Positions 8,630-18,061 of a DNA stretch of 64,000 bases are shown piece by piece. Each line of letters begins with the position of its first letter. Positions within the stretch are counted from its first letter, which is position 1. The translations under genes were made by a program, and so were the position numbers. Origin of the DNA: a virus; IMG/VR virus record IMGVR_UViG_3300027804_000064, positions 6,550 to 70,549 of that record. One strand, 5' to 3'. The notes beneath the pieces were generated by a model. The model was not told where the DNA came from and did no database searches. It saw nothing but the letters and a program-made list of their open reading frames with translations.

Positions 8630-9265
8630 ATGAAACACCTACTTGGCACAGACATAACAGGCAGTTACACCTTCAATCCAGTTGCAAAAACTGTGACATT
8701 CTCGGGACTGCCACGAGCCATTACGCTGTCCAACATTCTGCTGATCACCAATGTGACCCGCAACACCATTATTTACAACTTTGCGGACACCGCAACAGGT
8801 GCTGTGAGTTTCAACAACAATGTGCTGACGCTTACCTACAACACTGCGTCCCACAGCGCAGGCGATGTGCTACAGGTGTTCTTGGATGTGGAGTCCAAAG
8901 AAGAGTCCCTGCACGATCTGCTTCGCCGCATGAACAAAATACTAGAGTCCAACAGCGTTGTAGACTTAAACCAGCGTCAAAGAATCACCATAGACGCTAT
9001 TCGTAGCAGTGCAATCGCAACAAGCGATCTGGCAGGCACTTTGCCAGTATCTGGAACTGTTACGGCTAGTGCATCGGGAACTTATACGGTTAGCAATGGT
9101 ATTGCTACTCAAACCATGTCAAACAGTTCAGCAAATCCATATACCATAGCAACACAAAGCACAGCCTCAATAATGGAAGGTCCAGTACATCAATTTTGGC
9201 GGGTAGCCAGTGATGCTCAAGCGTGCTACGCCTCCGCTATACGCTCTAAACTCACATTTTCATAA
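8630..9265 (+). CDS. hypothetical virion protein
   Basis: YTF.P..KT.T, ILLITNVT.N.IIYNFAD motif seen in phage fibre-associated proteins; Ser/Thr rich. Confidence 0.6.
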   Translation: MKHLLGTDITGSYTFNPVAKTVTFSGLPRAITLSNILLITNVTRNTIIYNFADTATGAVSFNNNVLTLTYNTASHSAGDVLQVFLDVESKEESLHDLLRRMNKILESNSVVDLNQRQRITIDAIRSSAIATSDLAGTLPVSGTVTASASGTYTVSNGIATQTMSNSSANPYTIATQSTASIMEGPVHQFWRVASDAQACYASAIRSKLTFS

Positions 9266-9278
9266 TTAAGGAAACGCA

Positions 9279-12173
9279 ATGGCAGTAACAAATCTTCTAA
9301 AGCAACAGGTCGATCAGCCAGTATTTGAATGGATGCGCCCTGCACCCACAGCAACAAGCAGCACCGCTTGCTTGGTGTCTTCAGACGAGAAGGCACGATA
9401 CCTGTACTACATTGTGGCTCAAGCCATGTGGCGTTACGACACCTACAGCGATTCGTGGCAAGAGTGCGCCCCACCAAACATTGCTCCAGTCACCCTTGTG
9501 GCAGCAAAATACGCAGCGTACTCTGGCAGTAGGGGACATACCATCAGTGCAACATCAGACACCATCACTATTGGTGGGCTTGGCAGGCTTGGCAATCTGT
9601 GCGTTGGCAGCAAGATTCGCATCATTGCAGGAACAGGAGCAGGACAAGAGCGAACGATTACGGGTGTTTCTGATGGTGTCATTCACGATAACGGCTTGGC
9701 AACCACTGCAAGCGCAACCCAAATTGGTGACTCCACGAAGAAGTGGCGAGTAAACCAATGGGACGGATACAATGTGCGGCTTACATACAACACAGGTCAG
9801 TCACAGATTCGCAGGATTCTGTACAACGACACCACCACGCTAACTCTTTCCGATACCAACCACCAAGCGGTTGACAGTTTCAACAACACAGGGTTCTCTG
9901 CGGTGGCTCCGTTTGCGGTTCCTGTCACCACTGCTGGCGCACAGACTAATTTTGTCATAGAGTCCACTCAACTTACTGTAGACTCGTCTTGGACAGTTAC
10001 ACCAGACGAAAGTTCAATCTATCAAATTATGACGGGTGGAATATGGTTGCTTTCAGCAGCATCATCAACACCGTTTTCGTCTTGGCAGTTCTACGATATT
10101 CTGTTGGACACTTGGTTCACCAAAACTCCAGGTGGTCCAATGCACTTTGCTGCTGCACTTGGAACCGATTTTGCTGTTGACCGTACAGGTGAGGCAGGTG
10201 GCGTGTTTGTGGGTGGTGTCACTGCGTCTTCGGCTGCTGCAAAAACATTGGTTCACAGTGGAGCAACCTACGAGTACGACCGTTACGCAAATCACCAGAT
10301 ACGAATCGTGTCAGGCACAGGAATTGGTCAACGCAGACGAATTGCCGCTCATACTGCGGACACTTTCTATGTTGACCACAAGTGGGACATCACCCCCGAC
10401 AACACATCAGGTTATGCCATATACGGCGATACGGACAAAATGTGGATGGCTGGCAACGGTTCTGCTGCCCTGCTCCAGTATTCTGTAGAAAGAGATTTGT
10501 GGGCAACCGCACCTGTAGTGGATACTGGTGTTGCCCGACAGATATCTGCTACTCCTGCTGCGGGAAATACGGGTTCGTATGGACCGCCACACGAAGGATA
10601 CGCCGTAACGAGCATCACTTATTCTGCAAGCGGTATTCTAACCGTAGCAGTAAACGCAGGCGGTTCAGGTTATGTGGTTGGTGATTTGGTGACTTGCTCC
10701 ACCACAGGGTCAGGTGGTCAGGCATATGTCACCGCTGTAAGTTCAACAGGTGCAGTAACCGCACTTCAACTTGCAGCATCAGGCAGTGGTTATGTGGCAG
10801 GCTCAACCAACACCACAGGTGGTAGCGGCACAAGTCTTACCATCACCATAACTGTTGGAAAGGTGGGAAATGTGGTAACTGCGGTAAACCACGATTTCCG
10901 ACACGGTGAATATGCCACTATTGCTGGATGTGCAACAGAAACCACATTCAATGCCACATTCCAAATCATAGGCACAGCATCGCTAACCACTTTCAGCGTT
11001 GCTGCAAATGCTGCTGCAACACAAAGCCCTACGGCTGCAAGTTCCTTGACCACATCTCTGATTGTAGACGCCACTCAAAACTGGAATACAAACGAGCATA
11101 TTGGAAGAATTGTGTTTGTTCAGGCACCAGGAATATCACCCACAAACTTGGGTGCCAGACGCATTACCGCAAATACTGCAACAACACTAACTTTGTCTGC
11201 TGCCATTTCTGCAATGACAAACGGAACATCTCGTTATGTGATTCAAGAAGCACGACCGTTTGGTGCTATGTCCATAGACAAAGTTCCCGAGCGTTCTCCT
11301 AACGGATGGGCAACTTCAGGAACCGCAACAACTCTGGTAGACAGCACAAAGAATTGGAGAAACAACCAGTATCTAAACTGCCGTGTTCGTGTTGTTGCAG
11401 GAACAGGCGAAGGTAATGATGCGGTAATCACCGCCAATAGTGCCACCACGCTTACTGTTGCGTCTTGGGGTATTGCCACACCTGATGCTACTTCCAAATA
11501 CGAAATCATGGACTCATACGGAATAGTAACAACAGGTGCAGGCACTACAACTGTTACCGATGCAAACAAAAATTTCCCCGTAAACTATCTGGCAGGAAAA
11601 AGAATTCGTTATATTGCTGGAACCGCTTCTTCTTCTGCTGGTACATCAACAGTAGAAGTTTCAGTAACATCAAATACTGCAACAGTAATTACTGTACCTA
11701 CATTGACTTCCAACGCCACAGATACATTCTATGCAATTTATGAAATCCCTGTAAGAAGCACGGGAACCGACATCAAGTGGTTGTTTGGGTTGTCTGATAC
11801 AGCCAAGAAGGGGCGGTGGATGATCTCTCCCCGTGGTGGTGGTTCCAACCTGTTTGACATATTTGACATCTCCACATCCAAATGGGAAATCACGCCGTTC
11901 ATCACACCCATCACAACAACCATGACAACTGGTTCCATGTTCGTGTACGATGGTGTGGACTCGTATTACTTCACGAAGGACGCAACCAACCGCATCTATG
12001 TGCTGGACCTGGCGAAGTTCAAGGTTGACATTGCGACATCAATTCCATACGCTCACAATACTGCAACATTGAGCAACAAGTTTGAGATTGTCAAAACTGC
12101 CGATGATCTTACATATCTTTATGTCATGCGCCACACAGGTCAAGAAATGTGGCGCACACTCAAGTTCTGGTGA
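9279..12173 (+). CDS. large repetitive virion protein (fibre/adhesin; possible propeller interrupted by beta repeats)
   Basis: Several copies of (I/V)RI..GTG.GQ.R.I..NT..T.T....W...PD..S.Y.I; Kelch-like YD...D.W segments; Thr/Ala/Gly rich. Confidence 0.65.
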   Translation: MAVTNLLKQQVDQPVFEWMRPAPTATSSTACLVSSDEKARYLYYIVAQAMWRYDTYSDSWQECAPPNIAPVTLVAAKYAAYSGSRGHTISATSDTITIGGLGRLGNLCVGSKIRIIAGTGAGQERTITGVSDGVIHDNGLATTASATQIGDSTKKWRVNQWDGYNVRLTYNTGQSQIRRILYNDTTTLTLSDTNHQAVDSFNNTGFSAVAPFAVPVTTAGAQTNFVIESTQLTVDSSWTVTPDESSIYQIMTGGIWLLSAASSTPFSSWQFYDILLDTWFTKTPGGPMHFAAALGTDFAVDRTGEAGGVFVGGVTASSAAAKTLVHSGATYEYDRYANHQIRIVSGTGIGQRRRIAAHTADTFYVDHKWDITPDNTSGYAIYGDTDKMWMAGNGSAALLQYSVERDLWATAPVVDTGVARQISATPAAGNTGSYGPPHEGYAVTSITYSASGILTVAVNAGGSGYVVGDLVTCSTTGSGGQAYVTAVSSTGAVTALQLAASGSGYVAGSTNTTGGSGTSLTITITVGKVGNVVTAVNHDFRHGEYATIAGCATETTFNATFQIIGTASLTTFSVAANAAATQSPTAASSLTTSLIVDATQNWNTNEHIGRIVFVQAPGISPTNLGARRITANTATTLTLSAAISAMTNGTSRYVIQEARPFGAMSIDKVPERSPNGWATSGTATTLVDSTKNWRNNQYLNCRVRVVAGTGEGNDAVITANSATTLTVASWGIATPDATSKYEIMDSYGIVTTGAGTTTVTDANKNFPVNYLAGKRIRYIAGTASSSAGTSTVEVSVTSNTATVITVPTLTSNATDTFYAIYEIPVRSTGTDIKWLFGLSDTAKKGRWMISPRGGGSNLFDIFDISTSKWEITPFITPITTTMTTGSMFVYDGVDSYYFTKDATNRIYVLDLAKFKVDIATSIPYAHNTATLSNKFEIVKTADDLTYLYVMRHTGQEMWRTLKFW

Positions 12174-12185
12174 TAGGAGAACAGG

Positions 12186-12359
12186 ATGACAATAGAACAA
12201 CTAATAAAATTGGCTGAAAACAAACTCTCTGTTCTTAATGAGCAGAAAAAATACTACACCCAAATGGGTGATGTCAACAAACTCATTGAATTGGATACGG
12301 AGATTGCACATACTGAAACCACTCTTGCCCAACTGAAGACTTTGCCTCATATCGTTTGA
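12186..12359 (+). CDS. small coiled-coil hypothetical protein (57 aa)
   Basis: Manual translation MTIEQLIKLAENKLSVLNEQKKYYTQMGDVNKLIELDTEIAHTETTLAQLKTLPHIV; AGGAG upstream; fills the gap. Confidence 0.7.
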   Translation: MTIEQLIKLAENKLSVLNEQKKYYTQMGDVNKLIELDTEIAHTETTLAQLKTLPHIV

Positions 12360-12371
12360 ACGGAGTAACCC

Positions 12372-14363
12372 ATGCCAGTAAACGGGGTATCCCGTGCGTA
12401 TCTTGACACCGCAGGGGGAACCATACAAGTTGGCAACCCCGATTTTTATCTTGACGGATTACCTGTAGCAATGCAGGGAAATCCTGTGCAGAGTCACGGA
12501 AACAATGAACACTCGTCCGCCGTGATCGTGAACGGCTCACCCAATTTCCTGATCAACGGAATTCCTGTATGCACATCCGCAAGCCAAGCCAGTTGTGGTC
12601 ATCAAGCAACGGGGTCATCCACATTCACGGTGGGAACATCAAGCCGTGGCAGCGAAAGCCGTAATCCTGGCACGGCTCCGCAGTTTTCATACACTCCACC
12701 CGAAACGCCCAATCCTATTTGGGTTGCCACTTGGCATCCTCCTGTTTCTGGAAAAAACAGAAGCATTGCCGCAGAGACATACACAACTGAAGACTTTCAA
12801 ACATACGATTTTGTGAAACCACTAATATGGCTCACTGCACCGAACAGCAGTTCTTCGTATATTGATGACTCTGCTCAATCGTACTTCACGAAGATAGGCA
12901 CAATTACATCGTACAGAAACAGGATAAACGGTATTGTAAACGGATTGAACAGTCTTCCTGAAGGTATGCGTGCGTTGGCTCCGTGGTATTACTGGAACGG
13001 ATACGCATACTATGAAAACGAAACAAAGAAGAGAGGTGATTTTGCTGCTTTTGTGGCTGCTAATCCTGATTACAACACCTATCCTGGAATTTGCGGTGAT
13101 CGTGCCACTGGCATCTTTTTGTTTAATCGCAAATCAGATAATCTGCGAGGAGCGGGCTGGACGCTTGCTTCCATATGGGGAGCAACTGCTATAAATCAAA
13201 TTTCTGAAGACTGGAAAGTGATGTGTTCTGGTCTAAAAAATCGCGGAGCGAACATAGACTACCTTGTTTTTGACACGGAAGGGTTTCCTGGAAATGCGTT
13301 CACCGATTACCCTGTGGGAAATCGTCAAGCCGCCCTAGAATCAATGGAAAGCGATCCTCGGGCGCAGCAAGAGTGGTACGGGGCAAGACCACTTAAAACG
13401 GTGCTGACGCAAGACGGAAAGTATCCTACGAACAGTGCATTGCGTGCTGCCACCAATCGACATCCACAGACTGAACCAAGTTACATCTATTGGAACGGCG
13501 GTCTTTCTTCCATACGGAACGCCAGCATGACATACTGTTTCTACGAAACAGCAAAGCAGAATTATCCTGATATTGGCTTGAGTAATTACGAGTCATTCAA
13601 AACCACCGACAAGGATTGGGCATATGATCCGTATGGACATCCTGTGTATCAAGAAAATACCGTGGGTGATGGCGCAGCACCGTATTTGTACGCATCATGG
13701 AACAGTGATACTGCGTGGGTAGTAGATCCATACGACAATACTCGCATCATAAGAAACAACACCAATACATTTACGGACACACTTCCGCGATTCAAAAATA
13801 GTATATGGAATTGTTTTTTGGTGGACATACAGCAAGTGAGAGCAATCAAGCGAGCAGATTCAGCGGCTTATCTTCGTCCGTGGATTCGTCCTCGCGGTTG
13901 GGCGGGTGATGCTGGCTTCATAGTAGGAATAACATTTGGGCAGCAGTATTCTCCTGCAAGCGGCGAGAAATTTTATTATGAAGTAATTCGCCATTGTTCC
14001 GTGCTTGGAGCAGAGCATTTTTACTATTGGAATTCAGCGGATACGAGTGCAACCACAAATCCAGAAAATATGTCTAGAAATTGCACTGAATTGAATGGTG
14101 TGATGAAAGAAGTAAATGATTTATTGGGAGGATATTCACCAGACACGGTTACAAAAAACCGCATTTCGTTTAACACGGATTATGTGGTGAGCGGAACCAA
14201 AGCCGCAGGGGGCGACAACAAGGACAAGTATGTGTGGCGAATCACGCCCAAGCCTGGTCTTACGCTCATAAGTGAAACAGGGCGACCGCTCACGGTGGAC
14301 GCGGACGGGGGCGCATGGCTCGTAACCTCGTCTGTCGTGATACCTAAATATTCTGTTCAATAA
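12372..14363 (+). CDS. PAAR spike-tip protein (gp5.4-like) with about 550-aa C-terminal extension
   Basis: N-terminal ~90 aa: D.AGG.I..G....DG.PVA..G.PV.SHG...H....I..GS....ING.PV......SCGH..TGS; then a Pro-rich linker and an aromatic-rich globular region. Confidence 0.8.
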   Translation: MPVNGVSRAYLDTAGGTIQVGNPDFYLDGLPVAMQGNPVQSHGNNEHSSAVIVNGSPNFLINGIPVCTSASQASCGHQATGSSTFTVGTSSRGSESRNPGTAPQFSYTPPETPNPIWVATWHPPVSGKNRSIAAETYTTEDFQTYDFVKPLIWLTAPNSSSSYIDDSAQSYFTKIGTITSYRNRINGIVNGLNSLPEGMRALAPWYYWNGYAYYENETKKRGDFAAFVAANPDYNTYPGICGDRATGIFLFNRKSDNLRGAGWTLASIWGATAINQISEDWKVMCSGLKNRGANIDYLVFDTEGFPGNAFTDYPVGNRQAALESMESDPRAQQEWYGARPLKTVLTQDGKYPTNSALRAATNRHPQTEPSYIYWNGGLSSIRNASMTYCFYETAKQNYPDIGLSNYESFKTTDKDWAYDPYGHPVYQENTVGDGAAPYLYASWNSDTAWVVDPYDNTRIIRNNTNTFTDTLPRFKNSIWNCFLVDIQQVRAIKRADSAAYLRPWIRPRGWAGDAGFIVGITFGQQYSPASGEKFYYEVIRHCSVLGAEHFYYWNSADTSATTNPENMSRNCTELNGVMKEVNDLLGGYSPDTVTKNRISFNTDYVVSGTKAAGGDNKDKYVWRITPKPGLTLISETGRPLTVDADGGAWLVTSSVVIPKYSVQ

Positions 14364-14372
14364 GGAGAGCGT

Positions 14373-15164
14373 ATGGCAGAGTGTCCGTGCAAACAATCGC
14401 TAACAGACGGTGAAAAGGGAATCCTCAACTTTGGATTGACCAACGAGATGTTGCGTAATCCCAACGCAGCAGCCATTGCAGTGTATCGGCAGTTGGGTGG
14501 CGCGAACGGCGCAAGAATAGAATCACTCATACAAGCCGCCCAAGTTGGAGGTGCAAACAACGCCCTCACCACTGCACTACCTGAACTGAACCGCGTGAAA
14601 AGCGCGATCAATGTGCTGGACAACCGCGTGGACGCATTTGAGAACGAGTGCAAGCGGTTCACCGATCCCAAGCAACTCATCAACATCATCAGTTCGTTGA
14701 GTCTGTTTGCAGAAATGCAGTGCGCCTTGGGCATTCAGGGATTGGATATTGGGGTGGGGCTGAATGTAGTGAACCAAAACGGTCAGTTGTCCATCAACTA
14801 CGCGGTGGCGGCAAATGTTGATCTTGAAAAAATACTCAATCAGTTCTCGGACAACAACCTTGGATCAGCCGCCGCTGATGCAGTACGGCAGTTGCAGGAA
14901 GGCTTGGGCAAGATCACGGGAGTCATGGATCAAGCCAACACGGTGATTGCGGGACTGATGAACGCTGCCGAAGCCTTGCAGAATCAGGCAGCGGACTTTA
15001 TTCAAAAATATACGAGCATCAACGCCCTAGCGAATCTCATCAACGAGGCAAACACCGATCCGTGCTTTAAGTTGGGAGGCACGCTGAACGGTAGTTTGGT
15101 CAGTCCTGACTTCCTGAATGCAGTGCGCGGGGGTACACCAACGGGTTTTGGGGGTTACCGATGA
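14373..15164 (+). CDS. hypothetical alpha-helical protein
   Basis: AAGGAG RBS; CTAAATA at 14344-14350; Ala/Asn/Gln-rich helical composition. Confidence 0.65.
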   Translation: MAECPCKQSLTDGEKGILNFGLTNEMLRNPNAAAIAVYRQLGGANGARIESLIQAAQVGGANNALTTALPELNRVKSAINVLDNRVDAFENECKRFTDPKQLINIISSLSLFAEMQCALGIQGLDIGVGLNVVNQNGQLSINYAVAANVDLEKILNQFSDNNLGSAAADAVRQLQEGLGKITGVMDQANTVIAGLMNAAEALQNQAADFIQKYTSINALANLINEANTDPCFKLGGTLNGSLVSPDFLNAVRGGTPTGFGGYR

Positions 15165-15829
15165 AAGACGCAGCCGAATTTTTGACTTCGCTGAAGGACT
15201 TTGCCCTTGCGTTCGGGGAGATCATCGGTGTTCTGCTCACAGGAGTGGGAATCGGTGTGTGGGGAATCCTGCGTAAAAAGAAGTCCGTGCTGAAGTGGTC
15301 GCCGCAGAAGGAGAAGCGATTCGTGGAGTCCCACACCCAAATCCACGAAATGCTCACGGAACTCCGCGTCACCGTCCGCGCTTGCCGATGCCTCATTTTT
15401 CAGTTTCACAACGGCGGATCGTTTGCGGACGGCACTTCCATCAAGCGGTTTTCGGTTACCCATGAGTCGTGTGCCGCGCCAACGCAGAGCATGATTCTTG
15501 AATCGCAGGATGTGCTGCTTACCCGTTACATGGATTTGGTTCGCGTCATGGAGGAACGGGCTGGCAAAATAATACGGGTTGACTCCCTGCCGCCGTCCGC
15601 ATTTCGTTCTGGACTTGAGATAAATAGCGTTGAATACTTCAGCGTTCTGCCTCTCAGGTGCATGGACGGAATTACACCGATGGGATTCCTGTGCTGCCAT
15701 TGGTGTACGGCAGCAGAACTGGATCAGATTGAGAACGAGGGAATCACGGAAGACGCGCTTCAGGAACTCATAGAAAACAAAACGCAGAACATAAACGCAT
15801 ACCTGTCCTACAAAAACGGAAAACAGTAA
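15161..15829 (+). CDS. single-TM protein with GAF-like domain; candidate T4 T-type holin
   Basis: Hydrophobic segment IIGVLLTGVGIGVWGIL followed by RKKK, then L.ELR....A.R..IFQFHNG and ..LPL......MGFL...W, a GAF-like pattern. Confidence 0.45.
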   Translation: MKDAAEFLTSLKDFALAFGEIIGVLLTGVGIGVWGILRKKKSVLKWSPQKEKRFVESHTQIHEMLTELRVTVRACRCLIFQFHNGGSFADGTSIKRFSVTHESCAAPTQSMILESQDVLLTRYMDLVRVMEERAGKIIRVDSLPPSAFRSGLEINSVEYFSVLPLRCMDGITPMGFLCCHWCTAAELDQIENEGITEDALQELIENKTQNINAYLSYKNGKQ

Positions 15830-16240
15830 ATGGCATCACGGATCATCAGCAACAGCACGAAAGCGGTCTTTTCAGATATTGACCCTACTTTCACCCGTAG
15901 CCCGAAGACCAGTGATCTGCTCACGGTGCGGGATGACGGTGCTGTGCGCTTGTCGTTGAAGAACTTGCTGTCCACTTCTTTTGGAGAGCGGTTGTTTCAG
16001 CCCACCATCGGTGGTTCGCTGCGCCCTCTCCTGTTTGAACCAATAGATGCAATAACCACGATGGAAATCCGTGACCGCATTCTGCAAACCATACGGAACC
16101 ACGAGCCTCGCGTGGGAAATGTGATTGTTGATGTCATAGCGAATCCTGACGAGAACTACTACACGGTGAATGTGGAGTATTCCGTTGTGGGGATCGGCAA
16201 GATAGATCGGGTGTCGGTCGTACTAGAAAGGTTGCGCTGA
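15830..16240 (+). CDS. 25: baseplate wedge subunit
   Basis: FSDID..F, SLKNLL.T..GERLFQP.IG, LLFEP, I.NHEPRV. Confidence 0.95.
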   Translation: MASRIISNSTKAVFSDIDPTFTRSPKTSDLLTVRDDGAVRLSLKNLLSTSFGERLFQPTIGGSLRPLLFEPIDAITTMEIRDRILQTIRNHEPRVGNVIVDVIANPDENYYTVNVEYSVVGIGKIDRVSVVLERLR

Positions 16241-18057
16241 TGGCTAACACGAACAGTTTCAATATTGTAGGGCTAGACTTTGATGACGCAAAAGCGTCAC
16301 TGAAGGCGTTCCTGCAATCACAGGACACGCTGAAGGACTACAATTTTGACGGTTCGGTGCTGTCCACAGTGCTGGATGTGTTGGCGTACAACACCCACTA
16401 CCAGGCGTTCTACGCAAACATGGTGGCAAACGAGATGTTCCTTGACAGCGCGGCTCTGCGTCCGTCCGTGGTTTCCCACGCGAAGACGCTCGGATATGTG
16501 CCCACTTCCCGCCGCGCAGCAAAGGCTGTGCTTGGCATTTCGGCGGCAGGCGCATCAGAGTCCACCTATCTGGCGCGTGGCTCGGAGTTCGTGGGCACCG
16601 ATCCTGCGGGAACGCAGTACCGCTTCGTGTTGCTTGACACAGTGTACGCAGACGCGGACACACAGCAGTTTGCGGATGTGGAAGTGTACGAGGGCACGCT
16701 GCGCCGCATGAGTTATGTGTACGATCCCACGAAGAAGCCGTCTTCGGTGCTGCTCATTCCCAACGACAAGATCGACACAAGCACCATCAAGGTGCGCGTC
16801 AAGTCTTCTGCAACTGACAACACGGGAATAGAAGACACATGGGTATATTCTGATTCGTACATTGACCTGACACCCACATCAAAGGTGTTCTTCCTTCAGG
16901 AAAAGGAAGCAGGAATGTACGAACTGTTCTTCGGTGACGATTTCCTTGGTCAGCAGCCAGAGGCAGGAAACATCGTGATTGTTGAATATCTTGAAACAAA
17001 CGGCGATCAAGGCAACGGGATTGACTCGTTCTCGTCCTCCATTTCAGGATTGGGCAACATCGGCGTGGTGAGCGCGTCCTCGGGTGGCGCACTTGAGGAG
17101 AGCGTTTCCAAGATCAAGTTCCTTGCTCCCCGCTTCTACCAATCACAGAACCGTGCCGTCACAGAAGACGACTACACCGCAGCAGTCATCAAGGACTATC
17201 CCGCGGCGGATTCGGTGTATGTGTACGGTGGCGAAACGGTGACACCCCCGCAGTACGGCAAGGTGTTTGTCGCGGTGAAGCCGCGCACGGGAACCGCACT
17301 CACGGCGGAAGAAAAGCGCAGCCTTGCGCGAACGCTGAAGGACAACCGCTCGGTGGTCACGGTGACACCTGAAATCGTTGATCCCGACTACATTGATCTG
17401 GTGATTGATTCGCTTGTCACATACGACCCCACCCGCACATCGCTTGGCGTGGGAACGCTGAAGGCACTTGTGGTTGCGTACATCTTCACATATTCCGCCA
17501 CCACTCTTGAGCGGTTTGGTTCCAACTTCTACCTGTCCAAACTCACAGAAGGCATGAACAGGCTTGACCCGTCCATCTTGAGCAACGACACCACGGTAAA
17601 GATTCGCAAGACCATTAATTTGAGCAAACTCGTCCTGTCCAAGGGCTTCAGCGTGGATTTCAAGAATCCGCTGTACCACCCGCACAGCGGTCACTCGTCC
17701 GTGGTTTCGTCCTCCACTTTCTCCCATGTGGACACGAACGGAACCACCGTGAGCGATGTCTATGTGAACGATGACGGCAACGGCATTCTGAATCTGGTGG
17801 CAAAGAACAGCGGTGGCATCGTATACACCGTGTACCCACGGATCGGAACCGTTGATTACGATGGGGGGCGAATCTCGTTCAACTCGTACTTCAATCCCAT
17901 CAGCACATCGGTGCTGTTCACGCTCACGGCTGAACCGCGAAACGAAGACATATTCGTGTTTGAAAACAAGATTGTCCGCATCAGCAGAGGTTACACCGAT
18001 TCCGTGAAGGTCAGCGTGCAGTCGCAGACGAACCGCAAGCAGAACCTGAAGGCGTAA
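16240..18057 (+). CDS. 6: baseplate wedge subunit
   Basis: LDFD..K..LK.FL.SQ....DYNFDGS.LS..LDVLAYNTHY, NEMFLDSA, YELFFGD, QNRAVT..DY, PPQYGKVF. Confidence 0.95.
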   Translation: MANTNSFNIVGLDFDDAKASLKAFLQSQDTLKDYNFDGSVLSTVLDVLAYNTHYQAFYANMVANEMFLDSAALRPSVVSHAKTLGYVPTSRRAAKAVLGISAAGASESTYLARGSEFVGTDPAGTQYRFVLLDTVYADADTQQFADVEVYEGTLRRMSYVYDPTKKPSSVLLIPNDKIDTSTIKVRVKSSATDNTGIEDTWVYSDSYIDLTPTSKVFFLQEKEAGMYELFFGDDFLGQQPEAGNIVIVEYLETNGDQGNGIDSFSSSISGLGNIGVVSASSGGALEESVSKIKFLAPRFYQSQNRAVTEDDYTAAVIKDYPAADSVYVYGGETVTPPQYGKVFVAVKPRTGTALTAEEKRSLARTLKDNRSVVTVTPEIVDPDYIDLVIDSLVTYDPTRTSLGVGTLKALVVAYIFTYSATTLERFGSNFYLSKLTEGMNRLDPSILSNDTTVKIRKTINLSKLVLSKGFSVDFKNPLYHPHSGHSSVVSSSTFSHVDTNGTTVSDVYVNDDGNGILNLVAKNSGGIVYTVYPRIGTVDYDGGRISFNSYFNPISTSVLFTLTAEPRNEDIFVFENKIVRISRGYTDSVKVSVQSQTNRKQNLKA

Positions 18058-18061
18058 GGTA

